Both the position numbers and the translations under genes were made by a program. From NCBI GenBank assembly GCA_951406725.2, contig OX597821.1, positions 27,776,001-27,840,000 of the forward strand: 64,000 bases of DNA. The letters run 5' to 3'. The notes below the pieces were generated by a model. It did not search any database, was not told where the DNA came from, and saw only the letters and a list, made by a program, of their open reading frames with translations. Below are positions 1 to 12,709 of this stretch, piece after piece. The DNA comes from Octopus vulgaris (lineage: Eukaryota). The number at the start of each line of letters is the position of its first letter. The first letter of the stretch is position 1.

Positions 1-147
1 TTTATCCATAGCACCCTGACTACACATATGCGCACACACTCACACACACACACACACAATATGACCCAAGTTGTCAGAGAACCTACAATTTTAGAACCAA
101 GAGCTAAAGAGCTAAAGTGCTCTGTCACTGCAGTCAATGCACATAAT

Positions 148-149
<2 letters not shown>

Positions 150-217
<68 letters not shown>
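150..217. repeat. (TA)n microsatellite
   Basis: Direct reading. Confidence 0.95.
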
Positions 218-220
<3 letters not shown>

Positions 221-221
221 T

Positions 222-1250
222 GACAAAATCAGAGGGTGCAAGGTCAGGAAAGTAGGGGAATGGGGGAGGATTTCATAGCCTACGCCTGTGCTTCTGATCT
301 GGCGACAAGCGAGTTGTGGACCGGAGCGTTGTCCTGCAGGAGGAGGATGCCTTTGCTGATCTTGCCCCGCCTCTTGATTTTGATATCTTCTCTTAATTTC
401 CTCAACAGTGAAGCATAATAGGCTCCTGCAATTGTGGTACCCTTTGCCAAGAAATCTGTCATCACTACTCCGTCCTGGTCCCAGAAGACTGTGAGCATGA
501 CCTTGCCAGCGGAGGGCTGCACCCTTGCCTTCTTTGGAGGAGGTGAGTCACGGTGCTTCCACTGCATTGACTGGGCTTTGGTCTCTGGATCATTGTGATG
601 GACCCAGGTTTCATCCTGTGTAATCAGTCTTTTGAAAAATTTTGACTCATCTTCTTGGCACATCTCCAAATTCACCCTCGAGCACTCGACGCGTTCTTGC
701 TACTGGAAAGGCGTGAGCAACCTGGGAATCCATCTGGCAGACACCTTTTGCATATGCAAATGGTCATGAATGATAGTTTCCACAGACCCGGTACTAATCT
801 TGACCTCATGGGCTATTTGGCGAATAATTATGCGTCGATCTTCCAAAATCGCAGCCTCAACTTGACGGACAGATGCTTCATCAATGGCAGAAGGGGCGAC
901 CAGATCTGGGAGCTGTTTCCACAGAGTTCCGACCATTTTTGAATTCACGATGCCAGCGTTTTACAAGGTCATATGATGGGGCATCATCACCATAAGTTAC
1001 TTTCATTTCATCAAAAGTTTCCCGTGGTGTGCGTCCTTTCAAATACAAAAACCGGATCACTGTTCGACACTCAACAGGCTTCATTTCACACTTGACTCGG
1101 TTCAAACATCTGTAAATCAGAAACCACAATTAATTCACAGCTGTAATTTGCCACTTACTCTATAGAGATATAAATGTTTGCACATGCAATATTTCAGCTA
1201 GATCAACAACTGCAAGTGGGTCAGAGGTATTACTTATTGAACGTCCCTCG
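222..1250 (-). mobile_element. mariner-family transposon, 3'-truncated, transposase pseudogene
   Basis: 5' TIR-like end CGAGGGACGTTCAATAAGT next to TA at 1251-1252. Frameshifted transposase from ATG 1084: MKPVECRTVIRFL...RSGRP, WIPRLL (WVPxxL motif), TQDETWVH, LQDNAPVH, and a frameshifted PHSP-YFPDLAPSDF. It ends at a (TA)n tract. Confidence 0.93.
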
Positions 1251-1364
1251 TAAGCTGTTATCTCTAACATTGTAGGTGCTCTAACACATCACATTTAATG
1301 ACAGTTATATTTTCCTTTTTGGTGATACGTTACTAAACAACTGCCTATTATATTAATAATGATT

Positions 1365-1422
<58 letters not shown>

Positions 1423-1424
1423 TG

Positions 1425-2142
1425 CGCATGCGTGGCTGTGTGGTATCCGGCCAGGGGCTGGTTAACTTTTTTAGTTAATACCATGGTAGTAAGATCAGTC
1501 TGGAGAAGAGGTGTTTGTCACGAGATATGTTTGTGAAAATTTGGAAGCCTGTAGCTTGCAAGCTGGGTATATTTGGCACGAGGTAAGTGTGGCCGGATTA
1601 AGAAGTAAAGGTTCTGCCCAGATGGCTGGGCTCCTTGCTCTACTATGTGATATTAAATTTGTAAACGTTATATTGTAAATACTGTACCCATTTTATTGTA
1701 AATACTAAAACGTTTTAAGCTACTACACCCTATATGTTTGTCTGTCATTGTATCTCCCCTCTATGTAACGCCTTAATGGCAAATTTTCATGAAATAAAGT
1801 AGCTTACTTCCAAGCCACATGGCTCTGGCACCTTGGGCAAATGTCTACTATAGCCTCGGGCCGACCAAAGCCTTTTTGCGAACGGATTTGGTAGAAAGAA
1901 ACTGAAAGAATCCCGCCGTATATAAATGTATATATTTATGTGTGTTTCATTGTGTCTGTGTTTGTCCCTCACCGCATCGTTTGCCAACAGTTGTTGGTGT
2001 GTTTACATCCCCGTAATCTAGAAGAGAAAGATAGAATAAGTACTAGGCTTACAAAGAATAAGTCCAGAGTGCGATTTCTTCGATTAAAAGGCGGTGCTCC
2101 AACATGGTCCCAGTCTAATGCTTGAAACAAGTAAAAGAATGA
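1425..2142 (+). mobile_element. tRNA-derived CORE-type SINE (family A), interrupted by a LINE fragment
   Basis: Head GTGGCTGTGTGGTA resumes as AGTAGCTT at ~1798. CORE-like CACCTTGGGCAAATGTCT; tail GGCGGTGCTCCAACATGG...GAAACAAGTAAAAGAAT. Same family as 7007, 16880 and 26112. Confidence 0.88.
1446..1797 (+). mobile_element. 5'-truncated L1/Tx1-like LINE 3' end nested in the SINE head
   Basis: Reads SGQGLVNFFS*YHGSKISLEKRCLSRDMFVKIWKPVA, similar to the ORF2 C-terminus at 59844-60149. It is followed by an AT-rich 3' UTR ending in AATAAA, and it splits the SINE head exactly. Confidence 0.7.
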
Positions 2143-2300
2143 AAAAAAACCCAAAGAATTTACTTTTTTACAAAACAGATTGGAATCTTAGAATCTAGGT
2201 ATGTAAACATGTAGGAGGAAGGGAATGCTAGATAACTTATATCGAACTCAGAGTTGGTTAAAGCAACACTTAGTTGTAATATGTTGGTAGTATACTGTAC

Positions 2301-2523
2301 GTATGTATATATTCACAGAAGCACCATTCTCTGATGTGTTTTACTGTCTGTCTGCCTCTCTGTGTCACTCTATCTCCCCCTATATGTATATGTACATATG
2401 TATATATATGTATGTATATATTCACAGAAGCACCATTCTCTGATGTGTTTTACTGTCTGTCTGCCTCTCTGTGTCACTCTATCTCCCCCTATATGTACAT
2501 GTACATATGTATATATATGTATG
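2301..2523. repeat. near-perfect tandem duplication, unit 109 bp
   Basis: ATTCACAGAAGCACCATTCTCTGATGTG...CTCCCCCTATATGTA occurs at 2311 and 2420. Confidence 0.93.
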
Positions 2524-2530
2524 TGTGTGC

Positions 2531-2572
<42 letters not shown>

Positions 2573-3353
2573 ACACTCACATACATATATATATATATAT
2601 ATATTTATACATACATTGGTACCCAATCCAATATATAAACCATATATCTAGACCAGCGTTGCTTTCAAATGTAGCGCATATATAAAAGAACACAAGTTTT
2701 GTTTTTGTTTTGTTTTTTGTCGAGCAATAGACTTATCGTAGATTTTTCAATAACACATGAAAAGTGGTTGAAGCGAGATTTCTAATAACAGCTTTAGAAT
2801 CACGACTGTGTTTGTAGAATAACAAAGCGCAATGGATATATACATGTAATTCTTTATAACCCACTATTTTGTATAAAATATTTGTTTGGGTCGTATAATC
2901 ATATATGCAGTGTTACTTGAAGTCAGCGAAACCAAAATCGATACGTGATCGAATTCCTTCTATCTGTTACGAGAGTTTGCGTTTTCAGGTATAGTATATC
3001 TGTGACGGCATTATCTAAAACACCATTTTATTGTAATACCACAAGGCGTTCTTTTATAGACGACATAAAGTATATTTTTCGTGTATGGTACTGTAATTGG
3101 CTATATCAGTACAAATGAAGCATCGGGGCTCAATTAAAAAAAAACATTTCCATTCCAAAATATTTGTGAAATAGTGTCATTACATTTTCATTGAAGAATC
3201 TAAATTGTGTAGAATGTAAGTGTTCAGCAATGACAAACGCAAGTATCATATTCACAGCACACTGATTTGGTAATCATTGAAAGCATTTTTGCCCCGTATT
3301 TCCTATGACGAATAGCAAGCATGTCTACTGAATATTATCAATTTATTACGAAG

Positions 3354-3530
3354 CGTATTTCGGTTACCTCTTTTAATGTATAATCCATGATTTGAATTGC
3401 CCATTGTACAGCATGTGTACACATGACCACCTCAGTATTTATTCATGCATACATGTATCCATACGTAAATAAAGTGATAGGTAGATAGATAGAGAGGTAG
3501 ATAGGTAGATAGATAGGGAGGTAGATTGAG

Positions 3531-3568
<38 letters not shown>

Positions 3569-3920
3569 ATACACACACATATGGTCTGTATGTGTATGTG
3601 TGTTTACATGTATCTGTCTGTGGATCTATCTATCTTTATGAACATACATATATACCTACCTACATACATACATAATATATATATCTACATAATACGAGAC
3701 GTATTTCGGTTACCTCTTTTAATGTATAATCTATGATTTGAACTACCCATTGTACAGCATGTGTAGACATGACCAACACAGGTTATATTTATATATACAT
3801 ATATGCATATGCAAATAGAGTGATAGGTAGATAGATATATACACACATGTATCTATCTATCTATCTATCTTTATGTACATTGATACATACAAACATACAC
3901 ACATATATTCATACATATAT
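3354..3920. repeat. diverged tandem duplication, period ~346 bp, including GATA/TACA microsatellites
   Basis: CGTATTTCGGTTACCTCTTTTAATGTATAATC...CCCATTGTACAGCATGTGTA occurs at 3354 and 3700. Confidence 0.88.
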
Positions 3921-4158
3921 CTATGCCAAATAATTTGTAGATCTACCCGTTTCTGCTCGTCTGCACATAGGCTTTTAATAAAAGTTGGGGATAGAAAGAA
4001 AAAAAAAATACCTATTTGAAATGCTCAGGGGAATATGCTTTTTGAAGGTAATAAGAGGAGAAGTGAATTATGAACGTTACCGCAATAATATTGCCAGGCT
4101 CGTACAAATTACTTAATTAAAAATGGACATATGCCAGCGGAAGATGGTATCAACATGA

Positions 4159-4392
4159 AGGCGGCGAGCTGGCAGAAACGTTAGCACGCCGGGCGAAATG
4201 CGTAACCGTATTTCGTCTGCCGCTACGTTTTGAGTTCAAATTCCGCCGAGGTCGACTTTGCCTTTCATCATTTCGGGGTCGATAAATTAAGTACCAGTTA
4301 CGCACTGGGGTCGATATATAATCGACTTAATCCGTTTGTCTGTCCTTGTTTGTCCTCTCTGTGTTTAACCCCTTGTGGGTAGTATAGAAATA
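4159..4392 (+). mobile_element. tRNA-derived SINE (family B), full length with 13-bp TSD
   Basis: Head GGCGGCGAGCTGGCAGAAACGTTAGC, B-box GAGTTCAAATT, central GCCTTTCATCATTTCGGGGTCGATAAATTAAGTACCAG. TSD GGTATCAACATGA at 4146-4158 and 4393-4405. Confidence 0.93.
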
Positions 4393-4418
4393 GGTATCAA
4401 CATGATAATATGTTGGTT

Positions 4419-4631
4419 TTATTCTCGGGCCTGCATATTGTCTTCACCATTTGCAACAGGATTGTCAAGTGGAAGCACTGGCATAAGAAAATGCAATGCA
4501 TCTAAAATGTAAATGTGCAGAAACATTGAAAATAACGTGTCCTCGAGAATACTGGAGAAAGTAATATCCACTCGTAGAGCATAGGTACATAAGCGAAGAT
4601 AAATATTCAGTTGTTCTTGACCAATACACAT
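4419..4631 (-). other. candidate exon (strong splice acceptor, 70-codon open frame)
   Basis: Minus-strand acceptor TTCTCTTTTGTTTCACTTTTCAG followed by MCIGQEQLNIYLRL...NMQARE*. No recognisable homology. Confidence 0.25.
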
Positions 4632-4771
4632 CTGAAAAGTGAAACAAAAGAGAAAATAAATTATGCATCTATGCATATATCCTTATATACAAAACTGGAT
4701 GCATATATTTTGGTGTCTATCTATCATCTATCTATCTGTGTGTAGGCGAGTGTGTAGGATTTACAGGAATA

Positions 4772-4818
<47 letters not shown>

Positions 4819-4839
4819 GCACAAATCTATGTTTATAAA

Positions 4840-4902
<63 letters not shown>

Positions 4903-4914
4903 GGGTGTGTGTGA

Positions 4915-5975
4915 TTGTGTATAGAAGAATATATTAATAAAAAGAATTCCAACCTTGTCTGATTTTCACGTTTTATTTACAATCTTATAATGATATATTA
5001 TAAGATAATATATTATAATTGAATAAAATAAAATGAAATAGTAGAATGTTAAATATTCATTCTGATTGAACTAGTACTTTCATGCATTGAATTCTGCAAT
5101 CTTCGGGTTCATGTAGTAGTGTTGACAGTCATGCTTCACAATTTTTGACTGTAGCAAGATGAGTGATTCTGTGCTATAAATACAGCTGGGTAGGCTCCAG
5201 AGTGCTAGGTTTTGCAAACTGTATTCTGACCAATCAGTGTGTAGTATCACTCAATTACTTAAGCTGATTGGTTGGTTGAGCTGATTGGTTTAGGCATCAC
5301 GCTTTGTTGGACAGGTCAAGAGTCCTGTATCTTGACCCTGGCCGAAGCAGCAATTGTTGGGTTATTTTTAGAAATGTTGTAAATATCCTTTGTCAGAGAT
5401 TTTTATATTTTTATATTTCAATTGTCATCATCATCATTGTCAGCACCTTAATTATTGTTGCTAGTGGTGATGGTGGTGGCAATAGAACTTTTAACCCTAA
5501 ATAAGATAATTTTCCTGCTATCTTCGTCTTGATCACCTTTAGTATTGTTGTTGTTGTTAGTGGTCATGGTCGTAGCAGTGGAAGTAATACCTCTAAGTAT
5601 TATTATTATTGCTTATTTAGCTTGGGTTCGAATTTATCAATAAAATTCTTTTCTCTGATTTTCCTCTCGATTTCACTTGGGCTGTGTAATTTGTAGAATG
5701 GAAATATTATATATATTTTCCGACCACATGTTGCTAGGTGGTTACTAAAAGGTATCTGACGGACCTCTGGGTCTCTAATCTGTTGCCGGTGTACACGTGA
5801 GCGTTCTAATAGTGCGTTTCCCGTCTGACCTACATATATTTCTTCACAATTTGGGCATTTGATGCAGTAAATTAAATTTCTGCTTTTGCAGTTCATATTC
5901 GCGTTTGTGAATATTTTCCCGGTTTTTGTGTTTATATATTGACCGGTATGTATGAATTGGCATGTGCCACATCGG
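4915..5975 (-). mobile_element. Penelope-like element 3' part: GIY-YIG endonuclease plus 3' UTR/pseudo-LTR
   Basis: CGTCQFI...NCKSRNLIYCIKCPNCEEIYVGQTG...RVHRQQI...REKNFIDKFEPKLN (5606-5975), followed by a hammerhead-like motif. Flanked by TA/TG repeats. Confidence 0.9.
5067..5111 (-). ncRNA. minimal type I hammerhead ribozyme motif (one core substitution)
   Basis: TGAAC-CCGAAGA-TTGCA gaattcaa TGCAT-GAAA-GTAC-TA-GTTCA. Stem I is TGAAC/GTTCA and stem III is the palindrome AGTACT. Confidence 0.65.
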
Positions 5976-6631
5976 CTATATATATACATATATATATGTA
6001 AATATGTGTGTTTGTCTGCGAGGGTCCATGTACACTTACACGTATATGTATATATATACTCACACGAACGTGTGTATATATGTATATATAATAATGAAGG
6101 TGAGAATAATATAATAAAATAAATTGAGAGTGTGAGAAAGAGGAATATAGCATGCAAGGCAGAAAGAATACGCCTAAGAAATCGCCTGAAAACTTGGAAC
6201 GTGATGCATTCGTCATGATGATAAATTAAAACACCAAAATATTTTACGCTGATTCGAACATCCAATTTACCTGAAGTTGCTAAAATCTTTCCTGAAGTTA
6301 ATTAACATCAACAGAAAATACACTAAGCAGCTAAAAATCGAATCGTATTTAAACATATTAATATGTTGCCCTGGCAAATTTTTATGCAAACTTCCGTTCT
6401 AACAGTTACCTTTTTAGTATAATTAAATCTTAGTGTATTCTTAAACATGAACATGAAATACTGATGTGTCAGATATTACTGGTGTACGCAGTTATCGAAA
6501 TACTATTAAATGCTACACCAGGAGCACTTAACTATCTTATATATCCTTTTGAGTTTGTGAGTATGCCTGTACCTGTGTGTATGCATGTGTTAATATGAGT
6601 GCCTGTACTTATAAATGTATAGATGCATGTA

Positions 6632-6694
<63 letters not shown>

Positions 6695-7006
6695 CGTTAG
6701 TAGTTCATATATTCGATAAGCAAGAGCACTATAATCCTTCGAATATCACCACGGTCGAAGCCGTCCCGAGTCTATCTGACGAACGGGTAATTCCAGTTCT
6801 GAAGTGGGAAACGTTTTAGATGAGGGCACAAATTGAGTACTTTTTGCTTGAGCTTGAAATGATTCCCGAACCAAGCGAGTGGTTATTGCACTCAATGCCA
6901 AGGAAACCTTACATCGCTTTCATATAAGTTCTCCGTTGTTCAAAGAGCTTCAATATATTTATATACGTGGACCCCATGCATAATGAAATAGACTTTTAAA
7001 TTTCTA

Positions 7007-7164
7007 GGAGTGGCTGCGTGGTAAGAAGCTTGCTTCCAAACCGTATGTTTCCGGATTTGGTCCCCCTGCGTGGTACCTTGGGTAAGTGTCTTCTAATATA
7101 GCTTCGGGCCGACCATATCCTTGTGAGTGGATTTGGTAGGCTAAAAGTGAAAAAAATACCGTGG

Positions 7165-7255
<91 letters not shown>

Positions 7256-7425
7256 ATATAAATGTGTGAGTGTGCGTTTGTCCCCCCACCATTGCTTGAC
7301 AATCGATGTAAGTATGTGTATGTCCTTGTAACTTAAAGGTTCAGCAAAAGGGACAGATGGAATAAGTACTAGTCTTGCAAAGAATAAGTCCTGGACTCGA
7401 CTTGTTTGCCAAAAGGCGGTGATCT
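7007..7425 (+). mobile_element. SINE family A with expanded internal (TA)n
   Basis: GGAGTGGCTGCGTGGTAAGAAGC head, ACCTTGGGTAAGTGTCTT, internal (TA)n at ~7144-7260, AGAATAAGTCCTGG tail. Confidence 0.88.
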
Positions 7426-10400
7426 AGAGACCAACGAGGGTCAAAATCATATGATCTGGTACCATCTGCACTGGGTATGCCCGGTATTCATCACCCCGCT
7501 AGTTATATAAACAAGCGTGGATTTTGCCCCAATAGGGAATATAAGAATTTACATCTTCGTATATTCTACAATTTTTTTTTCTAACAGAACATCCATGTTT
7601 AAATGGAGATATATATATCACCTATCGGTATCAATAATAATTCTGCCGCTAATATATGTATTTGTAACAAGCGTCCTGTCTAATCGCGAATAGTGTTTCT
7701 TATGGCACTATATTTCCTTATATCACTAACTCGGAGGTGAGTCGCTATGTTCTCTCTTGAAATGGAGCATCCATCATTGACAAAACCAAATAAAGTCGAA
7801 ATCACGTGAATTGGTGGTCCCGACACTGGAAAGAGCGGGAATATATTCCCCGCTAGTGGTATAAAAGCGTGCAAAAAAAAAAAAAAACCTAATGAGAGAT
7901 TTTCTCTCATGGTATCTGCTGCTGTAAAATTTGTTCTTAGAAAACAACCACTTTTAAGTGGGGCTTCATATTACTTCTCAGTATTAATACTACCTCTGTT
8001 GCTAATGTAGATACATATGAATAATTATTGGATATTTACATATAAATAAATTTATATATGTGTGTGAAGATTTGAATATGTATGTATATGACGAGGGGAA
8101 AGTGCTTCCATGTGATATCTCGATTTGATAAATAAGTAGCAATCAAACTTTTTTTATAAATCACTCCCTACACCACATCACTACACGCACACGCTCGTGC
8201 TCACTCATCCACAAGTATACACACATACACATGTGCATACAAATACACACGTTCACATACATACGTGCACACACATACACACGTGCACGCATATACAGAC
8301 GTGCACACACATACACACGTATTCACAAATACACATGTGCACATACATGCAAACGCATTGTCATATACATATATGTGTGTGCGTCTGCTTGAATATGAGT
8401 GTGCGGGCGCGAGCGTGTGTGACTGGACAGTTGCACCTTCTAAAGAACTATTACTATTTCTCCGCTACCGCCATCCTATTAAATCATGGTGGATTACAGG
8501 CATATTCATTCGTTCTATCCATCATTAAATACTTTGGTATTTCCTGACACATTGTTTCCCTTTTGTGTATTTTTTCCTCTTGACCGTGTCTTCAGCGTTA
8601 TATATTGTTGTTTAATAGAAAATGTAAATGATGTAAATCCACTCAGGTTTGCTCGTTGAAATTTACATATGTACTTAGTCAAATCTTGTGAATATGAGTT
8701 TGAACTTACAGTGAATATCAAATGTAGCCTTTTAGGGTATGAATAAAGTTATCTACATCAATATTCTTGTACAGGAAGGGTTTATACCTGTGCACGTTTT
8801 GATCTCAATAAAATTATAATTCATTCCGAGTAAATTGATTCAAACATATCTGAAGGTCTTGCAGGTTCTTGCTTTAGAAATTAAAACAATACCTATAGTA
8901 AATCCCATAAGATTTATAACCCTTGTGGAAACCACGATATGGAGATCGTTTCATGCTTCATGCAGTTGTTCAAGACATTGAACACACGCATCATTTATTT
9001 CTGCAATTCACTAAATAAATTTATATATGACATCAAAAGAACTGATCTTTTAATTTTTGCGCTCAGGAAGAAACACATCTACTTTTCTTCAACGACAAAC
9101 TAAACGATAACAATTACCAATTATTTCCAAACATTAAACGCCGTTAAACATTACAACGTTGAAGGCAGTCATCTAGCAGCGTTATGTGGCTAACACATAA
9201 TGTCGAATTGCAGACAACCTACGTACCCGCAGACAAGAGGGCAATCGGTTGCTTGATGTTTGACAGAGTTTCACGGGGAGAAACTAGTATTTTCTTTCTT
9301 GATAATTTGGAACGAACTCTGAAGAAATTCCTGGGGAGTGATACAGCTTCACAAAGGCCATCAACATAAAATTATGGTTATTTCAGTATGGTTTAGGAAA
9401 CTTTAGCCCACTATTTCTTGGAAGCCATGCAACCGATAATATCAATTTGGGAGCTGGACATATTCTTAATAGATGCCAATGGTATGAACGTGGGGCGGTT
9501 CGGAATTGGACGCTTGATTCTCTGAACAAGGAATTGCAGATATGAAGTTAGTGGAATAAATGTAGAATTGCGAGTTGACTTATGTTCCCCTTCGGGATTT
9601 ATAAGAAAAGAACAATTGACTACGAACTACAAACATGCGCTATATTGTGAGTTTTCTTGATCAGTTTAAAATTTCATACTGCCCAGAGACATGATCATCA
9701 ACTATTTTAGAAATATACTCTTTGGTGTCGTTTTTGCCAAAACCTGTTTCAAGGTAGGGAGGGATTATATTCCGGTAATAGCAGGGATATGGTTCCCAAT
9801 TAGCTAACTGCAATGGTTAAGACGGTAACTAACAGAGGTGTAGTTATTCGAGATTTTGTTGGGATCCGTAACATCTACTGAAACCTGGAATAAGCATATC
9901 TTAAAATAAACAGTCAGTCATCGATCAGAATTGAAATGTGCACTATCCAGCAGGTTTCTTTTTTATCTTCATTTCCGTTGTAGAGTATCATCACTATCGA
10001 GGTTCCTTTTTTTTTAAAAATTATATCGGCTGTGAAAATATTTCGTCAGTACACTAAGCGTTTTGATGCATATATCAAATACCAGTGGTCAGACTATTCT
10101 CTAGGGAAAGAATTCCAATGAGTCAAACCTTCACAGTAGCCAGACTGCAATGTAAAGAATACGCTCATACTAACAGACTATTTTATGTGGAAAACTGAAG
10201 TGTTGGTAATCCCTGTAATCTCCTTACTCACGTAGGTAAAATCACAAGGATGGATTGAACATATAGTTTAACCGATATGATAATTTTCACTATGCCCAAC
10301 GTGATGTTGCGTTCACATATAATATATCAGTTGGAGTTTATCACCGTTATCACAGTTCTGTTATCGTGTTGTCCTTTGACAATGAGTTTGCAATTATGCA

Positions 10401-11124
10401 CATATGCTGCTGTATTTATTTATATAAATGTGTAGTAATCGATACGTTAATGACTATTTGAAATAACTTATGAAATTCATGACATCATACAAAACGCTTA
10501 AGAAAATATTGTAGAAACTCTGCGATACTGTTTGTTTTTGCTAAGTGTCTTAACTGTAATAAGAAGGTTCATTAAAAGAATTCAGTAATCCATGTATCAC
10601 GTTTGGTTGTGTTTTCTTCCGATCGGATTAACAAGGAAATTTATAGTTTGATATGACTACTCATATTTATAGAATTCAGAAAAAGCTATTTCTTAAAATC
10701 GATAATAATTTCAATTTCAACGAAAGATAAAGCGAATTACCCAAATTAAGTATTTTAAATATTCTAGTTATAACTTGTGCATTTTAACTAGAAAATGGAA
10801 TTCAGGTTTAATAACTATAATTAGATTGAAAGCTAACAAAGTAATATGACTAAACGCTATAATATAGTTCACAGAAAGGTTGCATATTCGTATGGAGAGG
10901 GAAAAATTAAAAACGGAAAGAAGAAAAAGAAATACTGAATAAGGTATAATACATGAAAGAAGTAAATGAAGCACATGGAGATTTATTGTGTATTGTTTTG
11001 TGTTGTGCGGGTTCTTTTCTGAGGCGGCACTAATAACATTTCTAAAGATAGCAGGAAAAATCGATATGTACGCCTGAGATTTGATATTAATTCTAGAGAA
11101 ACGTATTAAACATTACCAAATATA

Positions 11125-11172
<48 letters not shown>

Positions 11173-11729
11173 AAATAGTATTTAAACACTAATATTTAAA
11201 CTATAAATGTAATAAATCGAATGAAAAAGTGCAAATTTGCAGCTGATATATCGATCTTTAGTTCTTTCCCTAATAAAATGCATTCACCGTTACTTTAATA
11301 CTGAATTGGAACACTCTATATTATTTCAAAGCATTAAATATGATATCACAGACATATCTAAAGCATATGAAAGAAACGAAGTGGCGAGAAATTGAAAGTA
11401 AAGGATAAGAAACAATGGCATCCATTATTATAAATGGTTTTAATGTTTTATTTTTATAAATTCTGTTGCTTTTATTCCGTAAATTACAATTATCAGTGTT
11501 TTATGTAACTATTTAGGTTTGCTGCTGCTGTTTCTGTTATGGTTATTGTTATTATTATTGTTGTTGCGGTTGTTGCTATTTTATTCGTCGCCCTTGTGGT
11601 AAATAATCGAAATCATCATCATCATCATTACTATTATTATTATAATAATTGTAATAATATTAATTATTGTTGTTGTTATTAGTATTATTATAATTATTAT
11701 TATTATTATTATTATTAATTTTATCATTC

Positions 11730-12620
11730 AGTAGCCTTTATTTTTATCACGTGCTTTCACTGCACTACCGAGCGCAGCTCTGTGTACCTTGGGTATGTGC
11801 TGTGGTTTGTTGTGATGCTCTAACTTTTAGCGTATTGAAAGTGTTTTACGTAGGATGTGTACGGTGCCTAGTAGTGCTATGTTCTGTATGATATATATAT
11901 ACTTATTAGTCCTGGTGTTTTTGGTATGTATTTGGCTGATTTTTTTGTATACCATACCTAATGCGCCCACTATGATAGGATTCGTTTCTGTTTTTAGACT
12001 CGACATTCGAGTCACCTCTATTTCAAGATCCTGAATTTTGAAAGTTTCTTCGTTTCTTTTATAGAAACATTTACGTTTGTTGGTATTGGCCTTAATTTCC
12101 CTATGTGTGTGCATTGGCATATACCAGAGTATGGTTGCTTTCTAATTTTATGTGACCTTTTCCGACGTGTGCATATCCCATCTTTTTTCTGTTGTTATTC
12201 CATAGAGTTGCCATAGCTTGCAGTGTATATAGGTGCCAACTCTGTCGTATCTATGAGTATATTCTCTCTGAGCCGAGACTTAGCAGCCTGTGATAACACG
12301 ATCTGTTGTTTCCTCTCCATCTCAACATATTCTGCATTTACTTGCATTTATTTCCACTAAATGGTTTTGGTAAATTCTGGTGGATGGGCTTTGATCTTGT
12401 GCTGCAATTAAAATCCTCCCGTCTGGGATTTGAGTCCTGAGCTACTCAGCCATTGTTGGAATTTTTCTCTGTCTATTTCAGTTCTGTTTAGTTTAAACTG
12501 TACTTGCTATGAAGGTTCTCTTCTTACCATCGTTTTATCATGATCCGTTGCTGTCCCAGATTTAGTTTGGATTTCAGTTGTTTTACAGCTTTTGTTGTTT
12601 CTTTTTCCGTCATGGTTGTT
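11730..12620 (-). mobile_element. restriction-like-endonuclease LINE (R4/Dong-like) 3' fragment
   Basis: QDLEIEVTRM...PIIVGALGMV...IQNIALLGTVHILRKTL plus an upstream RHD-type region. The 3' end runs into (TTA)n. Confidence 0.8.
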
Positions 12621-12709
12621 AGGTATTATGACTTCCTTTTCGTATGTGTCAGACACTTAAACGCAATTATTATTATTGTCATTAACTTTTAATCTGCATG
12701 TTTGTTACA

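Noticed and set aside
6770-6822. CTGACGA...GAAACGTT on the plus strand, hammerhead-like
   Set aside because: The core motifs are in the right order, but stem II does not pair and stem I is weak.
8500-9100. Possible very old DNA-transposon coding remnant (…NNCMKHETISI…)
   Set aside because: Too degenerate to classify or bound.
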